From IMG/VR virus record IMGVR_UViG_3300034200_001934: DNA of 64,000 nt. One strand, written 5' to 3'. A program made the position numbers and the translations under genes. Of the stretch, positions 44,026 through 54,674 are shown in pieces; within the stretch, counting starts at the first letter, position 1; every line of letters starts with the position of its first letter. The notes under the pieces are model-generated. The model worked only from the letters and a program-made list of their open reading frames with translations, was not told the DNA's origin and did no database searches. The DNA is from an uncultured virus (IMG/VR IMGVR_UViG_3300034200_001934) (lineage: Duplodnaviria > Heunggongvirae > Uroviricota > Caudoviricetes).

Positions 44026-46621
44026 AGAATCTTTATTAAAGTCAAATTTTTTAGGAAGAGACGGATTTGTTTGGTGGATAGGACAAGTGGCACCTGCTGC
44101 TGTCTGGAGAACTGAAAAATCAAAATTTGACTCAGGAGAAAACAAAAGAGATGACAAAGGCAACCCCAAAATAGGGGAAGGTTGGGCGTATCGTTGTAAA
44201 GTAAGGATTGTAGGGTATCACACTTTTGATGGAGATATTCTCCCAGATAACGATCTTCCTTGGGCACACGTTTCAATGAGTCCAGAAAATGGAACTGCTC
44301 AAGGAAGTGTCGGAAAGACAATGATGATTGTTGGTGGAGAGACTGTTTATGGATTCTTTTTGGATGGAGAAGACGCACAGCAGCCCGTAATTGTTGGTTG
44401 TTTGCATAGAAATGAAAGTGCATCAAAGAATTTTATTACCCCAGAGTTTCTAGCAAAAGAAAAAAGTTCTCAATTTAAACCATTTACTGGACATCAAGGA
44501 CCATTGATTCAAGGTCCTACACAAATAAGAGAAAAGAATCCAGCAATTCAACAAGAACCAACTGTTGCGGCAAATCCAACAGTTGGAATACAAACATCTA
44601 GTTTAGTGGGAGATCCAGTACCAGCATCAAGAGAACAGAATAAACCAGGTTCAGATCAATTAATTCGCAAATCTTTAGCAACACAACAATTTGTACTAAA
44701 AGGTTGTGAAATAAAGGTAGTAAGAGAAAATGGATGTAATGATAATATAATTGGAAAAATTTCAAAAGTCATTCAAGATTTCGTTGCTTTTGTGAATCGT
44801 TTAGAAAAAGCAATTGATACTTATATTGATCCTGTTTTAAATACATTAGTAGATATAACAACAGAAATAAAAACCTTTGCAACTAGAATTGTTGGGATTG
44901 TAAAGTTTATAATCAATAATATGAGAAATGGTATTATTGGTTTAATTACAAAATTATTCGGAAAGTTTATTGGATTAATTGTTCCACTACCACAACAACC
45001 ACCAGTTGCTAGTGCAACAAAAAATATTATTGATATTATTTTTTGTGTTTTTGAAAAATTACTTCCAATATTGATTGATTTCATAATTAACATGCTTACC
45101 AATATGGTAGGTAAGGCAATCAATGCTCCACTTTGTGCTGTAGAGCAAGCTGTTGGATCAATTTTAGCAAAACTAATTGATGCAATAGATGGACTTCTTT
45201 CTCCTATTTTTTCTGGATTGAATTGGTTACTTGGTGCAGTCGGTCAAGTTAAAGATATCTTGGGTAAAGTGTCTTCAATCGCACAACAGATTTTGAGTTT
45301 CCTAGCATGTGATAGATTAAAATGTGAAACTCCAATTGAATGGTCTCCTTGTGGGGGTCCAGAAAAAAAGGGTTCTGATAGTTGGAATAGAACACTAAAG
45401 AGTATGAATGTTCTTAAGGGAATTAACTCTAATCTTAGTCTTGCTATGAGTCAGATGTCTCTATTTGGGTATACTGGAAGTTCTCCATATAAAGACTGCA
45501 CTGAAAAAGCATTAAGACCAAAAAATCAAAAAGATCAAATTCCTTTACCTCCTGGTGTAATAGCACCCAGATGCATACCACCAGAAGTTGAGATTTTTGG
45601 AGATGGTATTAGGGCACAAGCAGTTCCTATAGTTAATAATTCTGGAAGTATAATTGCAATAGAAATCTTAAATAGAGGTAAAGGATACTCTAAACCACCG
45701 ACTGTTGTTATAAGAGATAATACCAATCATGGAAGTGGAGCACAAGCGTCTGCATCTGTAGTAAATGGTGAAGTTACGTCCATTTATTTAAATAATTCTG
45801 GTTCTGGATACTGTCCAACTAATTTAACCTCAATTTTAAAATCTCCAACATATGTGGTTACAGCAAATAAGTATAGTTTTTATGAAGGAGAAACAGTAAC
45901 TTTTACTATAAATACCGAAAATATTCCAGATGGTACTGTTCTCGAATATGAGATTTCTGGTGATATAACTCCAACTGACATTGAAGGTTTATCTAGTTTC
46001 TATGGAAGTGTCACATTATCATCGGGAAGAGCAACTAAATCATTTAAATTCAAACAAGATAGTATCAATGAAAATGCTGAAATAGTAATTTTTGATTTAT
46101 TAGACAAAGATGGAATAAAAGTTGCCAGAACGACAGTAGTTGTAAGTAATGAACTGTCTCCAGTTCTTGCTCCTGCACCAAATAATCCAATAGAATCCCC
46201 ACCAGGAACATTTATTCCTGGTGATGGTGGTGGAACTGGATTTGGAAATACTACTACATCAAGACCTATATTCCCTGGAATTGGTACACAAATAACACCA
46301 GAAACGGGAATTGGTACTGGCATTGTAGGTATCGTAACAAGTGTAATAATTCCAAATCCAGGAACAGGATATACTGGTGGTGATACTATTAATGTAGGTC
46401 CTTGTGTTTTTGAAATTATTGTTTCAAGTTCTGGTGCTATAGTTGGAGTTAAATCAACAACTTGTACAACAGAATTCTCTGATCTACCAACAGCAATTAT
46501 TAACACAAACACTGGTGAAGGTGCTAGGGCATTCCCAGTCCTCACATTGTCACCTAAATTCAATCAACCAGTGGTTACTGTTAATCAAGAAGGAATTATT
46601 AAAGTTGTTGATTGCATATAA
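44018..46621 (+). CDS. gp5: gp5 baseplate hub/spike, OB-fold N-terminus, no lysozyme domain seen
   Basis: GFVWWIGQV, RCKVRIVGYH, LPWA, V.GFFLDGEDAQQPVIVG; Calx-beta-like segment near the C-terminus. Confidence 0.82.
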   Translation: MIEESLLKSNFLGRDGFVWWIGQVAPAAVWRTEKSKFDSGENKRDDKGNPKIGEGWAYRCKVRIVGYHTFDGDILPDNDLPWAHVSMSPENGTAQGSVGKTMMIVGGETVYGFFLDGEDAQQPVIVGCLHRNESASKNFITPEFLAKEKSSQFKPFTGHQGPLIQGPTQIREKNPAIQQEPTVAANPTVGIQTSSLVGDPVPASREQNKPGSDQLIRKSLATQQFVLKGCEIKVVRENGCNDNIIGKISKVIQDFVAFVNRLEKAIDTYIDPVLNTLVDITTEIKTFATRIVGIVKFIINNMRNGIIGLITKLFGKFIGLIVPLPQQPPVASATKNIIDIIFCVFEKLLPILIDFIINMLTNMVGKAINAPLCAVEQAVGSILAKLIDAIDGLLSPIFSGLNWLLGAVGQVKDILGKVSSIAQQILSFLACDRLKCETPIEWSPCGGPEKKGSDSWNRTLKSMNVLKGINSNLSLAMSQMSLFGYTGSSPYKDCTEKALRPKNQKDQIPLPPGVIAPRCIPPEVEIFGDGIRAQAVPIVNNSGSIIAIEILNRGKGYSKPPTVVIRDNTNHGSGAQASASVVNGEVTSIYLNNSGSGYCPTNLTSILKSPTYVVTANKYSFYEGETVTFTINTENIPDGTVLEYEISGDITPTDIEGLSSFYGSVTLSSGRATKSFKFKQDSINENAEIVIFDLLDKDGIKVARTTVVVSNELSPVLAPAPNNPIESPPGTFIPGDGGGTGFGNTTTSRPIFPGIGTQITPETGIGTGIVGIVTSVIIPNPGTGYTGGDTINVGPCVFEIIVSSSGAIVGVKSTTCTTEFSDLPTAIINTNTGEGARAFPVLTLSPKFNQPVVTVNQEGIIKVVDCI

Positions 46622-46651
46622 ACTAAATACAGAATATACCTTTATTATAAA

Positions 46652-47209
46652 ATGTCGGAACAACAAGCAAAAGAGTGGTGGCAGCAGGGGTTTGGATATA
46701 GACTTCAAGGGGGAAATGTAGAATCTGGAAAGGAAGTATCATATTCTATGATTACCGATGAAGGTACTGGTTTTATGTATTATAAAACTGGGGATTATTG
46801 GAATATTAATGATCGTAGTTCTGTTGAAAGGTGTGGAATAAAACTAAATGATAAAGAAGTTGCAAAGATAATTAAGGCAGATAATGGTGATATTGTTTTT
46901 GAAGCTCCAAACGGACAGATCACATTAAAAGCAAAAAATATCAGAATTATTGCCGAAGATGGTGATGGTGAAATTACTATGCAAGCAGGAAAAATTCTAG
47001 AGGCTGATGCACCAACATCAAGACTCAAAGGAACTAATGTTGATATCACCGCAGTTAGTGGTGCTCAGATTATAGGATCTTATGTTGATGCATCAGCATC
47101 CACTCAAGCAACTGTTTCATCTTTAACTGACGTAACACAGGGATCTCTTGTTGGCACAGTATTGAATGTTCTCGGTAATGTTAAAAAATTCTTAGAGTAT
47201 TTCGCATAA
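46652..47209 (+). CDS. Spike beta-helix-like protein
   Basis: NGDIVFEAPNGQITLKAKNI repeats; follows gp5. Confidence 0.55.
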   Translation: MSEQQAKEWWQQGFGYRLQGGNVESGKEVSYSMITDEGTGFMYYKTGDYWNINDRSSVERCGIKLNDKEVAKIIKADNGDIVFEAPNGQITLKAKNIRIIAEDGDGEITMQAGKILEADAPTSRLKGTNVDITAVSGAQIIGSYVDASASTQATVSSLTDVTQGSLVGTVLNVLGNVKKFLEYFA

Positions 47210-47210
47210 T

Positions 47211-48083
47211 ATGGCAGCAACAGCATCTATCGCAAATATTGGAGATAAACTTATAGTAGGTGCAGTTGATACCTCATTTTTAACTGCTTCTAGTAGAATT
47301 CTCCCAGGCACTGCAGTTTTGAACGGACCTGTTTTTATTGGAGCAACTCCGCAGGTAGGAATAGCTCGTGCTACTTGTATGATCGGTCCACCACTTCCTG
47401 GTGTTGCTGCCCCAGCATCTTTGGAAGTTACTGGAATTACCAATATTATTGGTAGTCTTAATGTTTTTGCTGTAAGTTTATTTACTGGTGTTTGCACAAA
47501 ACAAGGAGTAACAATTAAAAATGCTCTCAGTTTAAAAAACTCAATTAGTTTAAGTAACTCAATAAACATCGGAAATGCTCCAAAGATTAATAATGCTCCT
47601 TTAATTGTTCATTCAATTGGGTCTTTTGATGGTATATGTACTGCAGCAGATTTCTTTGCTGGTGGTACTTCATTAGTTCAAACTTATGGGATTGCACTTT
47701 CTAAAAAACCATTTGATATTCTTCACCCAACAAAAAAAGATCATAGACTTCGTTATGTTTGCTTAGAGGGTCCAGCAGCAGAAGTTTATATTAGAGGATA
47801 TCTTGATGGGACAAATAAAATAGAACTTCCGGATTATTGGAAAGGTTTAGTTGATATGAATACAATTGGTGTTCAGTTAACACCAATTAGAATGCATCAA
47901 GAATTATATGTTGATAGAATAGAAGATGAAAATACAATTTATATTAAAAATAATAATGGTGGAACTATTAAGTGCTATTATACTGTAATGGGAGAAAGAA
48001 AAGACACAGAAAGAAATATTCCAGAATATAAAGGATTGACACCAGCTGACTATCCAGGAGATAATAGTGATTATAAATTATAA
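47211..48083 (+). CDS. Virion protein with a C-terminal chaperone-like domain
   Basis: KPFDILHP...LRYVCLEGP...VYIRG...IELPDYW. Confidence 0.6.
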   Translation: MAATASIANIGDKLIVGAVDTSFLTASSRILPGTAVLNGPVFIGATPQVGIARATCMIGPPLPGVAAPASLEVTGITNIIGSLNVFAVSLFTGVCTKQGVTIKNALSLKNSISLSNSINIGNAPKINNAPLIVHSIGSFDGICTAADFFAGGTSLVQTYGIALSKKPFDILHPTKKDHRLRYVCLEGPAAEVYIRGYLDGTNKIELPDYWKGLVDMNTIGVQLTPIRMHQELYVDRIEDENTIYIKNNNGGTIKCYYTVMGERKDTERNIPEYKGLTPADYPGDNSDYKL

Positions 48084-48091
48084 TTTAGATT

Positions 48092-48775
48092 ATGAGAAAA
48101 ACTCATGAAGTTTTTCCTTTAGCAATTCATCAAACAACAATAAATTGCCACAAAGAGTTTAAGGAAAAGCACTACGAAAGTCTTAAAAAATATTGGTTTA
48201 ACGGATATGAGCATGAGTCCCCAGAGGCATCTTCAAGGATATTTGTCCATTTGAATAATCAATATAAACAATTTTTTGATTCTCTTAAAGATGCTTTAGA
48301 TGAATATTTGGGAGTACTTGGAATTGATTATAATTTGATGAATTATCATATAGTCAAATCTTGGGTTGTGTATCATAGGGATGACACAACACCACCATTG
48401 GCATTCCATAAGCATAATGAAGCAAATATTAGTTTTGTTTACTACTTAAACACTGACGAGACCTCGGATAAATTCGTCGTAAGTAGAGTTCCAGACAATA
48501 ATGCAAATCAAGTATGTGAAGGTTGGTTTGATGTTGCAGATGAACATAATGTAATGACTGGATTTAATAAATTTAACTGCAATCATTATACTATAACTCC
48601 CCATGAAGGAACAGTTTTAATAATGCCAACTGGAACTTACCATCATACTAAAAAATCAGTTCCAAGAATATCTCAGAGATGTGCTATTGCTGGAGATTTG
48701 AGAGTAACTCTTAAACCAGAACATTATAAACACCATCAAGGATGCACTCACCCATCTCAATGGTTGGAATTATAG
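48092..48775 (+). CDS. 2OG-Fe(II) oxygenase superfamily protein
   Basis: SW, HKH...ISFVYYL, EGTVLIMP...H...R. Confidence 0.75.
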   Translation: MRKTHEVFPLAIHQTTINCHKEFKEKHYESLKKYWFNGYEHESPEASSRIFVHLNNQYKQFFDSLKDALDEYLGVLGIDYNLMNYHIVKSWVVYHRDDTTPPLAFHKHNEANISFVYYLNTDETSDKFVVSRVPDNNANQVCEGWFDVADEHNVMTGFNKFNCNHYTITPHEGTVLIMPTGTYHHTKKSVPRISQRCAIAGDLRVTLKPEHYKHHQGCTHPSQWLEL

Positions 48776-48816
48776 TAAATAAATATTAAAAAAATTGTCT
48801 TTTAGTATCTTTTAAT

Positions 48817-50568
48817 ATGTCAATATCACAAGAAATCATCAATGAGATGAAGCAAGATTTGGAAAGAAAGATAAAGGCAAGAGAGGGTGTTTTAGATAGG
48901 TTGGCAATAGCAGATATTGAAATTGACCAATTAACTGGAGTCATTAAAGGATTGGACTCCGCATCTTTGCCATTCATTAATAATATAAATCAGGTAGTGC
49001 CTTCAATTCAATCTGCATATGATGCAAGAATAGCAGCAGATTGTAGAACTGATTTAATCTGGGAAGAAGGGAAATCATTTACAGGTTCAGTCACTAGTGG
49101 TTCTGGTGATGGTGCAACCACAACCCAAGTTACATTTACTCCGTATACAGTAGCAAAAAATAAAAATACTGCTGATTTTGAACCATTTCAAGGAATAAAA
49201 TATTATAGTAAACCATCACAAAGAGACTATGGATCATCATTAGTTGCAGAATTTGATGCTCTTGTCTCTCAAGGATCAACTGTAGTTGGTATCGTTGGTA
49301 TAGATGGAGATCCAGTAACAAGTGTTCCAAGTGCAATTCAAATTAATGATACTTTGATAGATTCTTTTGATAATCCAACAATTTTTACAACTGGAGATTT
49401 ACCAGAAGTTATTGGATTTGGTACAACTGAGATAGTTGGAATAGTTACCACTTTAATTTGTGGCATCAATACTGGGTCCAATATCCTTAGAAATTTTGGA
49501 GCAGGAAATATTGGTATAGTTAGTGTGGGAATGGTGGTGATGGATCCTGTAGTAACTGGAAATGATCCTAGTTTTAGTGGTACACTATCAACTACTGGGT
49601 GGACTAGAATTACTGGGTTTGGGACAGCAAATCAAATTATAGAATATTATAATCCTTCTGGCATTTTGACAACATCAACTTTGACTGTTCCTACATTAAT
49701 ATTAGATAAACCAGCAATAAATTATTTGGAAGAGGGAGAGTTTAGAGTTGGAATATTAACTCAAGTTCCAGCATTGTTTATATCTACTGCGGCATTAGCT
49801 TCATATGGAAGTACGCAAATGTATGTACTAAGAAATGATCGAGATATTGATGCAGGATTTGATTACTTAAAGAGTCCAAATACACCATTAAAAATTGGAA
49901 TAATGGGGTCTGGAGACGTTGGTGTTGGAAATAGTGTTTTTTATGACACTTCCGGAAAACCAAATGAAACTCAAAGATATAATCCAAATAAAACTTTTAT
50001 TGATCCAACAATAAAAAATAGGAATGACTGTTTATTTAAGAATGATGGCACTCCAAGAAAAAATGCAACCTGGGATAGTGATAGAAAAGAGTGTACACTA
50101 AGAGATGAACCTGCAGTTGGTGCAGGAAGAGTAAATTATAATATTGGCACTACCCAGTGGCCAACATTGACAGTATGTACAGGAGGAGGAGAATCCCCAG
50201 TAATTTGTACTACTACATATCCTCCAGAAGGAACAGTTGTCACAATTGGAGGAACTGCTGGACCAACTATTTCTTATGCAAGTACTGGTCCGACAGGGAG
50301 AAATCCCAATAGTGCTGCTTGTAATGCACTAAATTCGGCAATAACAAATGCCGAATCCAATTTAACTAATGTCATAAATCAAAATAGACCACAGGCAGAG
50401 GCACTTGTGAATAGATCAGAAGTTCTTAGAAATAGAAGATCAGAGAAAGAACTTTATGCTTGGTCTTTATTGGTATCTGCAGCAAGATTAAGAGAAGAAA
50501 TAGAATTACTCAAAAAACAAATATCAGAAATGGAAAGTTTTGATTTTACTCCATATGAAATGATTTAG
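48817..50568 (+). CDS. Putative virion structural protein
   Basis: G/T-rich beta core with coiled-coil ends; TAAATA upstream. Confidence 0.6.
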   Translation: MSISQEIINEMKQDLERKIKAREGVLDRLAIADIEIDQLTGVIKGLDSASLPFINNINQVVPSIQSAYDARIAADCRTDLIWEEGKSFTGSVTSGSGDGATTTQVTFTPYTVAKNKNTADFEPFQGIKYYSKPSQRDYGSSLVAEFDALVSQGSTVVGIVGIDGDPVTSVPSAIQINDTLIDSFDNPTIFTTGDLPEVIGFGTTEIVGIVTTLICGINTGSNILRNFGAGNIGIVSVGMVVMDPVVTGNDPSFSGTLSTTGWTRITGFGTANQIIEYYNPSGILTTSTLTVPTLILDKPAINYLEEGEFRVGILTQVPALFISTAALASYGSTQMYVLRNDRDIDAGFDYLKSPNTPLKIGIMGSGDVGVGNSVFYDTSGKPNETQRYNPNKTFIDPTIKNRNDCLFKNDGTPRKNATWDSDRKECTLRDEPAVGAGRVNYNIGTTQWPTLTVCTGGGESPVICTTTYPPEGTVVTIGGTAGPTISYASTGPTGRNPNSAACNALNSAITNAESNLTNVINQNRPQAEALVNRSEVLRNRRSEKELYAWSLLVSAARLREEIELLKKQISEMESFDFTPYEMI

Positions 50569-50629
50569 TAATGATTTGTAAGGCAACTATATATTATAAG
50601 AAGAATTATCCTATTACAAAAAGTAAGTA

Positions 50630-53600
50630 ATGGCAGACAGATATCCTTTAATTGCTAATCCTGATACTAAACAGATAGAGGAATTAGCATCTTTTGATAA
50701 TTTAAATTTAACTAATAATAGTATTGTTGGTGCCACAACAATTACTTCAAATCAATTTATTGGAGATCTGGCAGGAACTGCTACAACTTCAACCTTTCTA
50801 GCAAATGCATCAAATATTATTACTGGAGTAATAAATCCATCCAGATTAAGTGGAACTTATAATATCGGTGTCACAACATCTCTTTTTCTGCAAAATGCAG
50901 CAAATGTATTATCTGGAATACTTCCAAGAGAAAGATTAGGTGGTGAATATGATATTAATATCACTGGAACTGCTTCTACAGCAAATGCTTTAACTGATGG
51001 TTCTCAAATTTTAGATGGTGTTATTCCAATTGAAAGACTTACTGGAGTTTATAATATTGATATTACCGGAACTGCTTTTAATGCAGTTGGTGCAGCAACA
51101 TCAATTTCAATTGGTAATTCAAGTCTATCACCAGCAGAAAAGCACTACGTTTTATACTCGGAATATACCGACAGAGATGCTAGTGTTTATACTGATTCCA
51201 ATTCTTTAGTTTATATTCCTTCAACAAATAGACTTGGAATTAATTCAGATAGTCCTTCCTACAATTTAGATGTACACGGAATTGCAGGAATTACCACATT
51301 ACTAGCCAATAATGCAAATATCACTAATCTGAGTGGTCTTGTTGGAGTTGATACAATTACGAGTGACACATTAGCAGAAGCACTTGGATTTAATGTTGGT
51401 CTAACAACATTTTTAAATCTTAATGTTGAAGAACAAACCACTTTAAATGATTTAAATGTAACTGGAATCGCAACTATTGGAAATATTACATTTTCTTCCC
51501 TTGATAGTTCTCTGAATTCCCCACAAATTAATGCAACCAATACCAATACAACAGGAATTGCAACCTTTAATTCAATTTCTATTGGTTCAACTGAGATAAT
51601 AAATTCTGCAAGATTTTTTGTAAATCTTGCAGGAATTGACACTTCAACAAAATCCATATTAGTTGATTCTTTAGACGTTGGATTTTTCCAAGATCTCACA
51701 TTGTCTGGTGTCGGAACACTATCTGGCAATGTCTTAATTACCAATGGTGTTAACGTTAATGGAGAATCAGTTTTAGAAGATCTTACAGTTACTGGTGTAA
51801 CTTCGTTCACTTCAGTAAATGCAGATACTCTTAATGTATTAGAATATCTTGGAGATGGATCAACTTTATCTGGAATCGTAACTTCTGTTGTTGCCGGCAT
51901 TGGTGTTACACTATCTCCTGCTGGAGGTACTGGTCGTGTGACAATTTCTGCTTTTAGACCAATAGGTAAAACTATTTTTGTATCACAATCAGGAAGTGAT
52001 TCAAATACTGGATTAGCAGAGAACGATACAAAACGTACAATAAAAGCAGCAGCAGCAATTGCACTATCAGGAGATACAATTAAAGTATTCCCAGGAATAT
52101 ATGTAGAAAATAATCCAATTATTCTTGGAAGAAATGTTGCTGTAGAAGGTGCAGAACTTCGCAACTGTATCGTAAGTCCACAAAATCCAGGATTGGATTT
52201 ATTCCACGTAAACAATAGTGTTCACATTACTGATTTAAGTTTCCAGGGACAAGAATCACAAAATGGAGCAGCAGTAGTTGCATTCCAACCATTATCTGGT
52301 GTTGCTTCTGATAGATTTTTTGATGCTGCAAGAATGATTCGTTTGAATCTAGATTATATTGCTAGAGAAACAGTTGGTTATTTGACAAGCACTGATTATA
52401 ATGGTGGCACATTCTCAATGGGAATTGGAACTGCCCAAAATTGTGCAGAAGATATTAAATCTATTTTCAAAGCAGTTTGTCACGATATTACAAGAGGTGG
52501 AAACTCAAAATGTGTAGGAGCAGGAAAGTCATATTATACAGAAGTAGGAGCACTTCAGCATATTGTTGGTGTTAAAACAGAAACCATTGATGGTATTCGT
52601 TATGCTGCAGGAATTGCTCGTGCTGTAATTAATAATTCCACCTGGGGAGGAAAGGCAGTAGGAGTACAAACTAATGTTACTGCTGCTGTTTACAATAATG
52701 TAGTTGGAGTGGTTACAATTACAGCAACAAACCACGGACTAACAGTTGAAGATTCTGTTAGAGTTGCTGGTTTAGGATTTACTTGTCCATCTGGTCCAGG
52801 AACACTTTTCTATCCATCAGGAAATCTTGGAAATATTTTCTCAGTTAAGAGAGTAATAAATTCAAATCAATTTGAAGTTATAGTTGGACAATCTACACTT
52901 CCACACACTTACGTTTCTGGTGGAACTGTTCAAAAATATAGCAATTACCAAAATACCTTTACTCAAGTAAAAGATCTGGCAATGCAAGCAGATCCAGTTA
53001 CAGGATTTAATAACGGACTAAATGGATGTGCCAACGTAGTTTCTGCAATTTATTCTTGTGTTGGTGTAGTAACAACAATAATTAACCAAGGACTTAGTGT
53101 TCTTGGTACAGGAATTAATACCACTTTCCCAGGAAATGCAGGAGCAGGAACGACTATTCCAAATCATCCATCATTCTCTCCTGGAGTTGGACCAATTACT
53201 CAAGGTCCTTACGTAAGGAACTGTACTAACTTTATTCCTAAGAGCATTGGAATGAAAATTGATGGTTTTGCTGCAGAACTAGGAGATAAAGATGATATTG
53301 GTGTTACTGGTTCTATGTCAGTTGACTCTTATACTCAATATAATCAAGGTGGTATTGGGGTTTCCATTACTAATGGTGCATATGCACAGTTAGTCTCTAT
53401 CTTTACAATTTGTGATGATGTTGCAATTTATACTGGTTCTGGTGGGCAGTGTGATATTACAAACTCAAACTCTTCTTTTGGTACTTATGGACTTGTTTCA
53501 GAAGGAGTTGGTGATGAAACAACGAAATCAATATACAGATATACTGGAAAAGTAGTTCAAAATGCAGGAAGAGGACAAAACGAAGTCATTATTTCAGGGG

Positions 53601-54295
53601 TGGGAACAAACCGTCCATATGATGGTCAATCAATATATTTCGACACACTATATAAAACTATTGCAACAATCAAAGTAACAAATGGAGGTTCTGGGTATCT
53701 ACTTGCACCAAGAGTTACAATTGATTCTCCAACTGGACCTAATGGAATTACGGCACAAGCAACGGCAACTATAGTAAATGGTTCCGTTACAGAAATAACT
53801 GTGATTACCAATGGAACTCAATATATTTCTGCACCAAATATTACAATTGCTCCTCCACCTTCTGGTGTTACTGCAACAGCAGAAGTTGATGCATTAGAAC
53901 CACTTTATTATACAGTTCAAAGTGCTACTTTACCTTCTGCAGGTATTTCAACTGTCAGTTTGACACAAAACCTAAATAATACAGTAAGTTCTGGAAGTAT
54001 CGCATATTTCTCAAGAGTAAGTTTACAACTTGCTTCTTCTCATGCTTTTGAATTCATTGGTGCCGGAAATACTATTGAAGGTGCAAGACCTGCTCAAGGT
54101 GGAGTAACCATCCAAGAGAATGAAGTTATACAGACAAATGGTGGACTAGTTGTATTCACAAGTACAGACCAAGCTGGTAACTTTAGAATTGGTGATGGTG
54201 TTGTTATTAATCAGGCAACAGGTTCAATATCTGGACGAGATTTTACAAAAGCACTATTCACAACGATGACACCTTTCATCCTTGCACTAACATAA
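50630..54295 (+). CDS. Tail fibre/spike-like protein with a probable beta-helix domain
   Basis: Three N-terminal repeats of about 27 aa (GxIxxERLxGxYxIxITGT), GSDSNTG...KRTIKAAA, STDQAGNFRIG. Confidence 0.7.
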   Translation: MADRYPLIANPDTKQIEELASFDNLNLTNNSIVGATTITSNQFIGDLAGTATTSTFLANASNIITGVINPSRLSGTYNIGVTTSLFLQNAANVLSGILPRERLGGEYDINITGTASTANALTDGSQILDGVIPIERLTGVYNIDITGTAFNAVGAATSISIGNSSLSPAEKHYVLYSEYTDRDASVYTDSNSLVYIPSTNRLGINSDSPSYNLDVHGIAGITTLLANNANITNLSGLVGVDTITSDTLAEALGFNVGLTTFLNLNVEEQTTLNDLNVTGIATIGNITFSSLDSSLNSPQINATNTNTTGIATFNSISIGSTEIINSARFFVNLAGIDTSTKSILVDSLDVGFFQDLTLSGVGTLSGNVLITNGVNVNGESVLEDLTVTGVTSFTSVNADTLNVLEYLGDGSTLSGIVTSVVAGIGVTLSPAGGTGRVTISAFRPIGKTIFVSQSGSDSNTGLAENDTKRTIKAAAAIALSGDTIKVFPGIYVENNPIILGRNVAVEGAELRNCIVSPQNPGLDLFHVNNSVHITDLSFQGQESQNGAAVVAFQPLSGVASDRFFDAARMIRLNLDYIARETVGYLTSTDYNGGTFSMGIGTAQNCAEDIKSIFKAVCHDITRGGNSKCVGAGKSYYTEVGALQHIVGVKTETIDGIRYAAGIARAVINNSTWGGKAVGVQTNVTAAVYNNVVGVVTITATNHGLTVEDSVRVAGLGFTCPSGPGTLFYPSGNLGNIFSVKRVINSNQFEVIVGQSTLPHTYVSGGTVQKYSNYQNTFTQVKDLAMQADPVTGFNNGLNGCANVVSAIYSCVGVVTTIINQGLSVLGTGINTTFPGNAGAGTTIPNHPSFSPGVGPITQGPYVRNCTNFIPKSIGMKIDGFAAELGDKDDIGVTGSMSVDSYTQYNQGGIGVSITNGAYAQLVSIFTICDDVAIYTGSGGQCDITNSNSSFGTYGLVSEGVGDETTKSIYRYTGKVVQNAGRGQNEVIISGVGTNRPYDGQSIYFDTLYKTIATIKVTNGGSGYLLAPRVTIDSPTGPNGITAQATATIVNGSVTEITVITNGTQYISAPNITIAPPPSGVTATAEVDALEPLYYTVQSATLPSAGISTVSLTQNLNNTVSSGSIAYFSRVSLQLASSHAFEFIGAGNTIEGARPAQGGVTIQENEVIQTNGGLVVFTSTDQAGNFRIGDGVVINQATGSISGRDFTKALFTTMTPFILALT

Positions 54296-54312
54296 TAGGA
54301 GGTTTAACGTAA

Positions 54313-54669
54313 ATGGCAATTGCAAATGCTGCAGTAAATAATTTTAGAACAGTAACAAAAATAGTTGGTGTATCAACAGATGTTGTTTATGAAGCACCTG
54401 TAGGATTTGTTGGTGTTATTTTGTTGGCACAATGTGCAAATTTGGACACTATTGCACACACTTTTAGTTTTTATCATAATAGAACAGTTGCAGGAATTGG
54501 AACTGTTACGACAGAACTTGTTAAAGACTTTGAATTACCACCAAGTGATACAGCAAACCTTTTGTCTGGTAAATTGGTATTGGAAACTGGTGATACTATT
54601 TCCGTTAGTGGTACAGGAACTGATAAACTTAAGTTTTTAACTAGCGTCCTAGAAACATTTAATCAATAA
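54313..54669 (+). CDS. Small virion-associated protein
   Basis: GGAGG RBS; GKLVLETGD motif. Confidence 0.65.
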   Translation: MAIANAAVNNFRTVTKIVGVSTDVVYEAPVGFVGVILLAQCANLDTIAHTFSFYHNRTVAGIGTVTTELVKDFELPPSDTANLLSGKLVLETGDTISVSGTGTDKLKFLTSVLETFNQ

Positions 54670-54674
54670 TTAAG

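Noticed and set aside
51259..52215. Long antisense ORFs (also 15324-16016, 46000-46563, 54659-57004)
   Set aside because: They are shadows of codon-biased sense genes, with no motifs or RBS.
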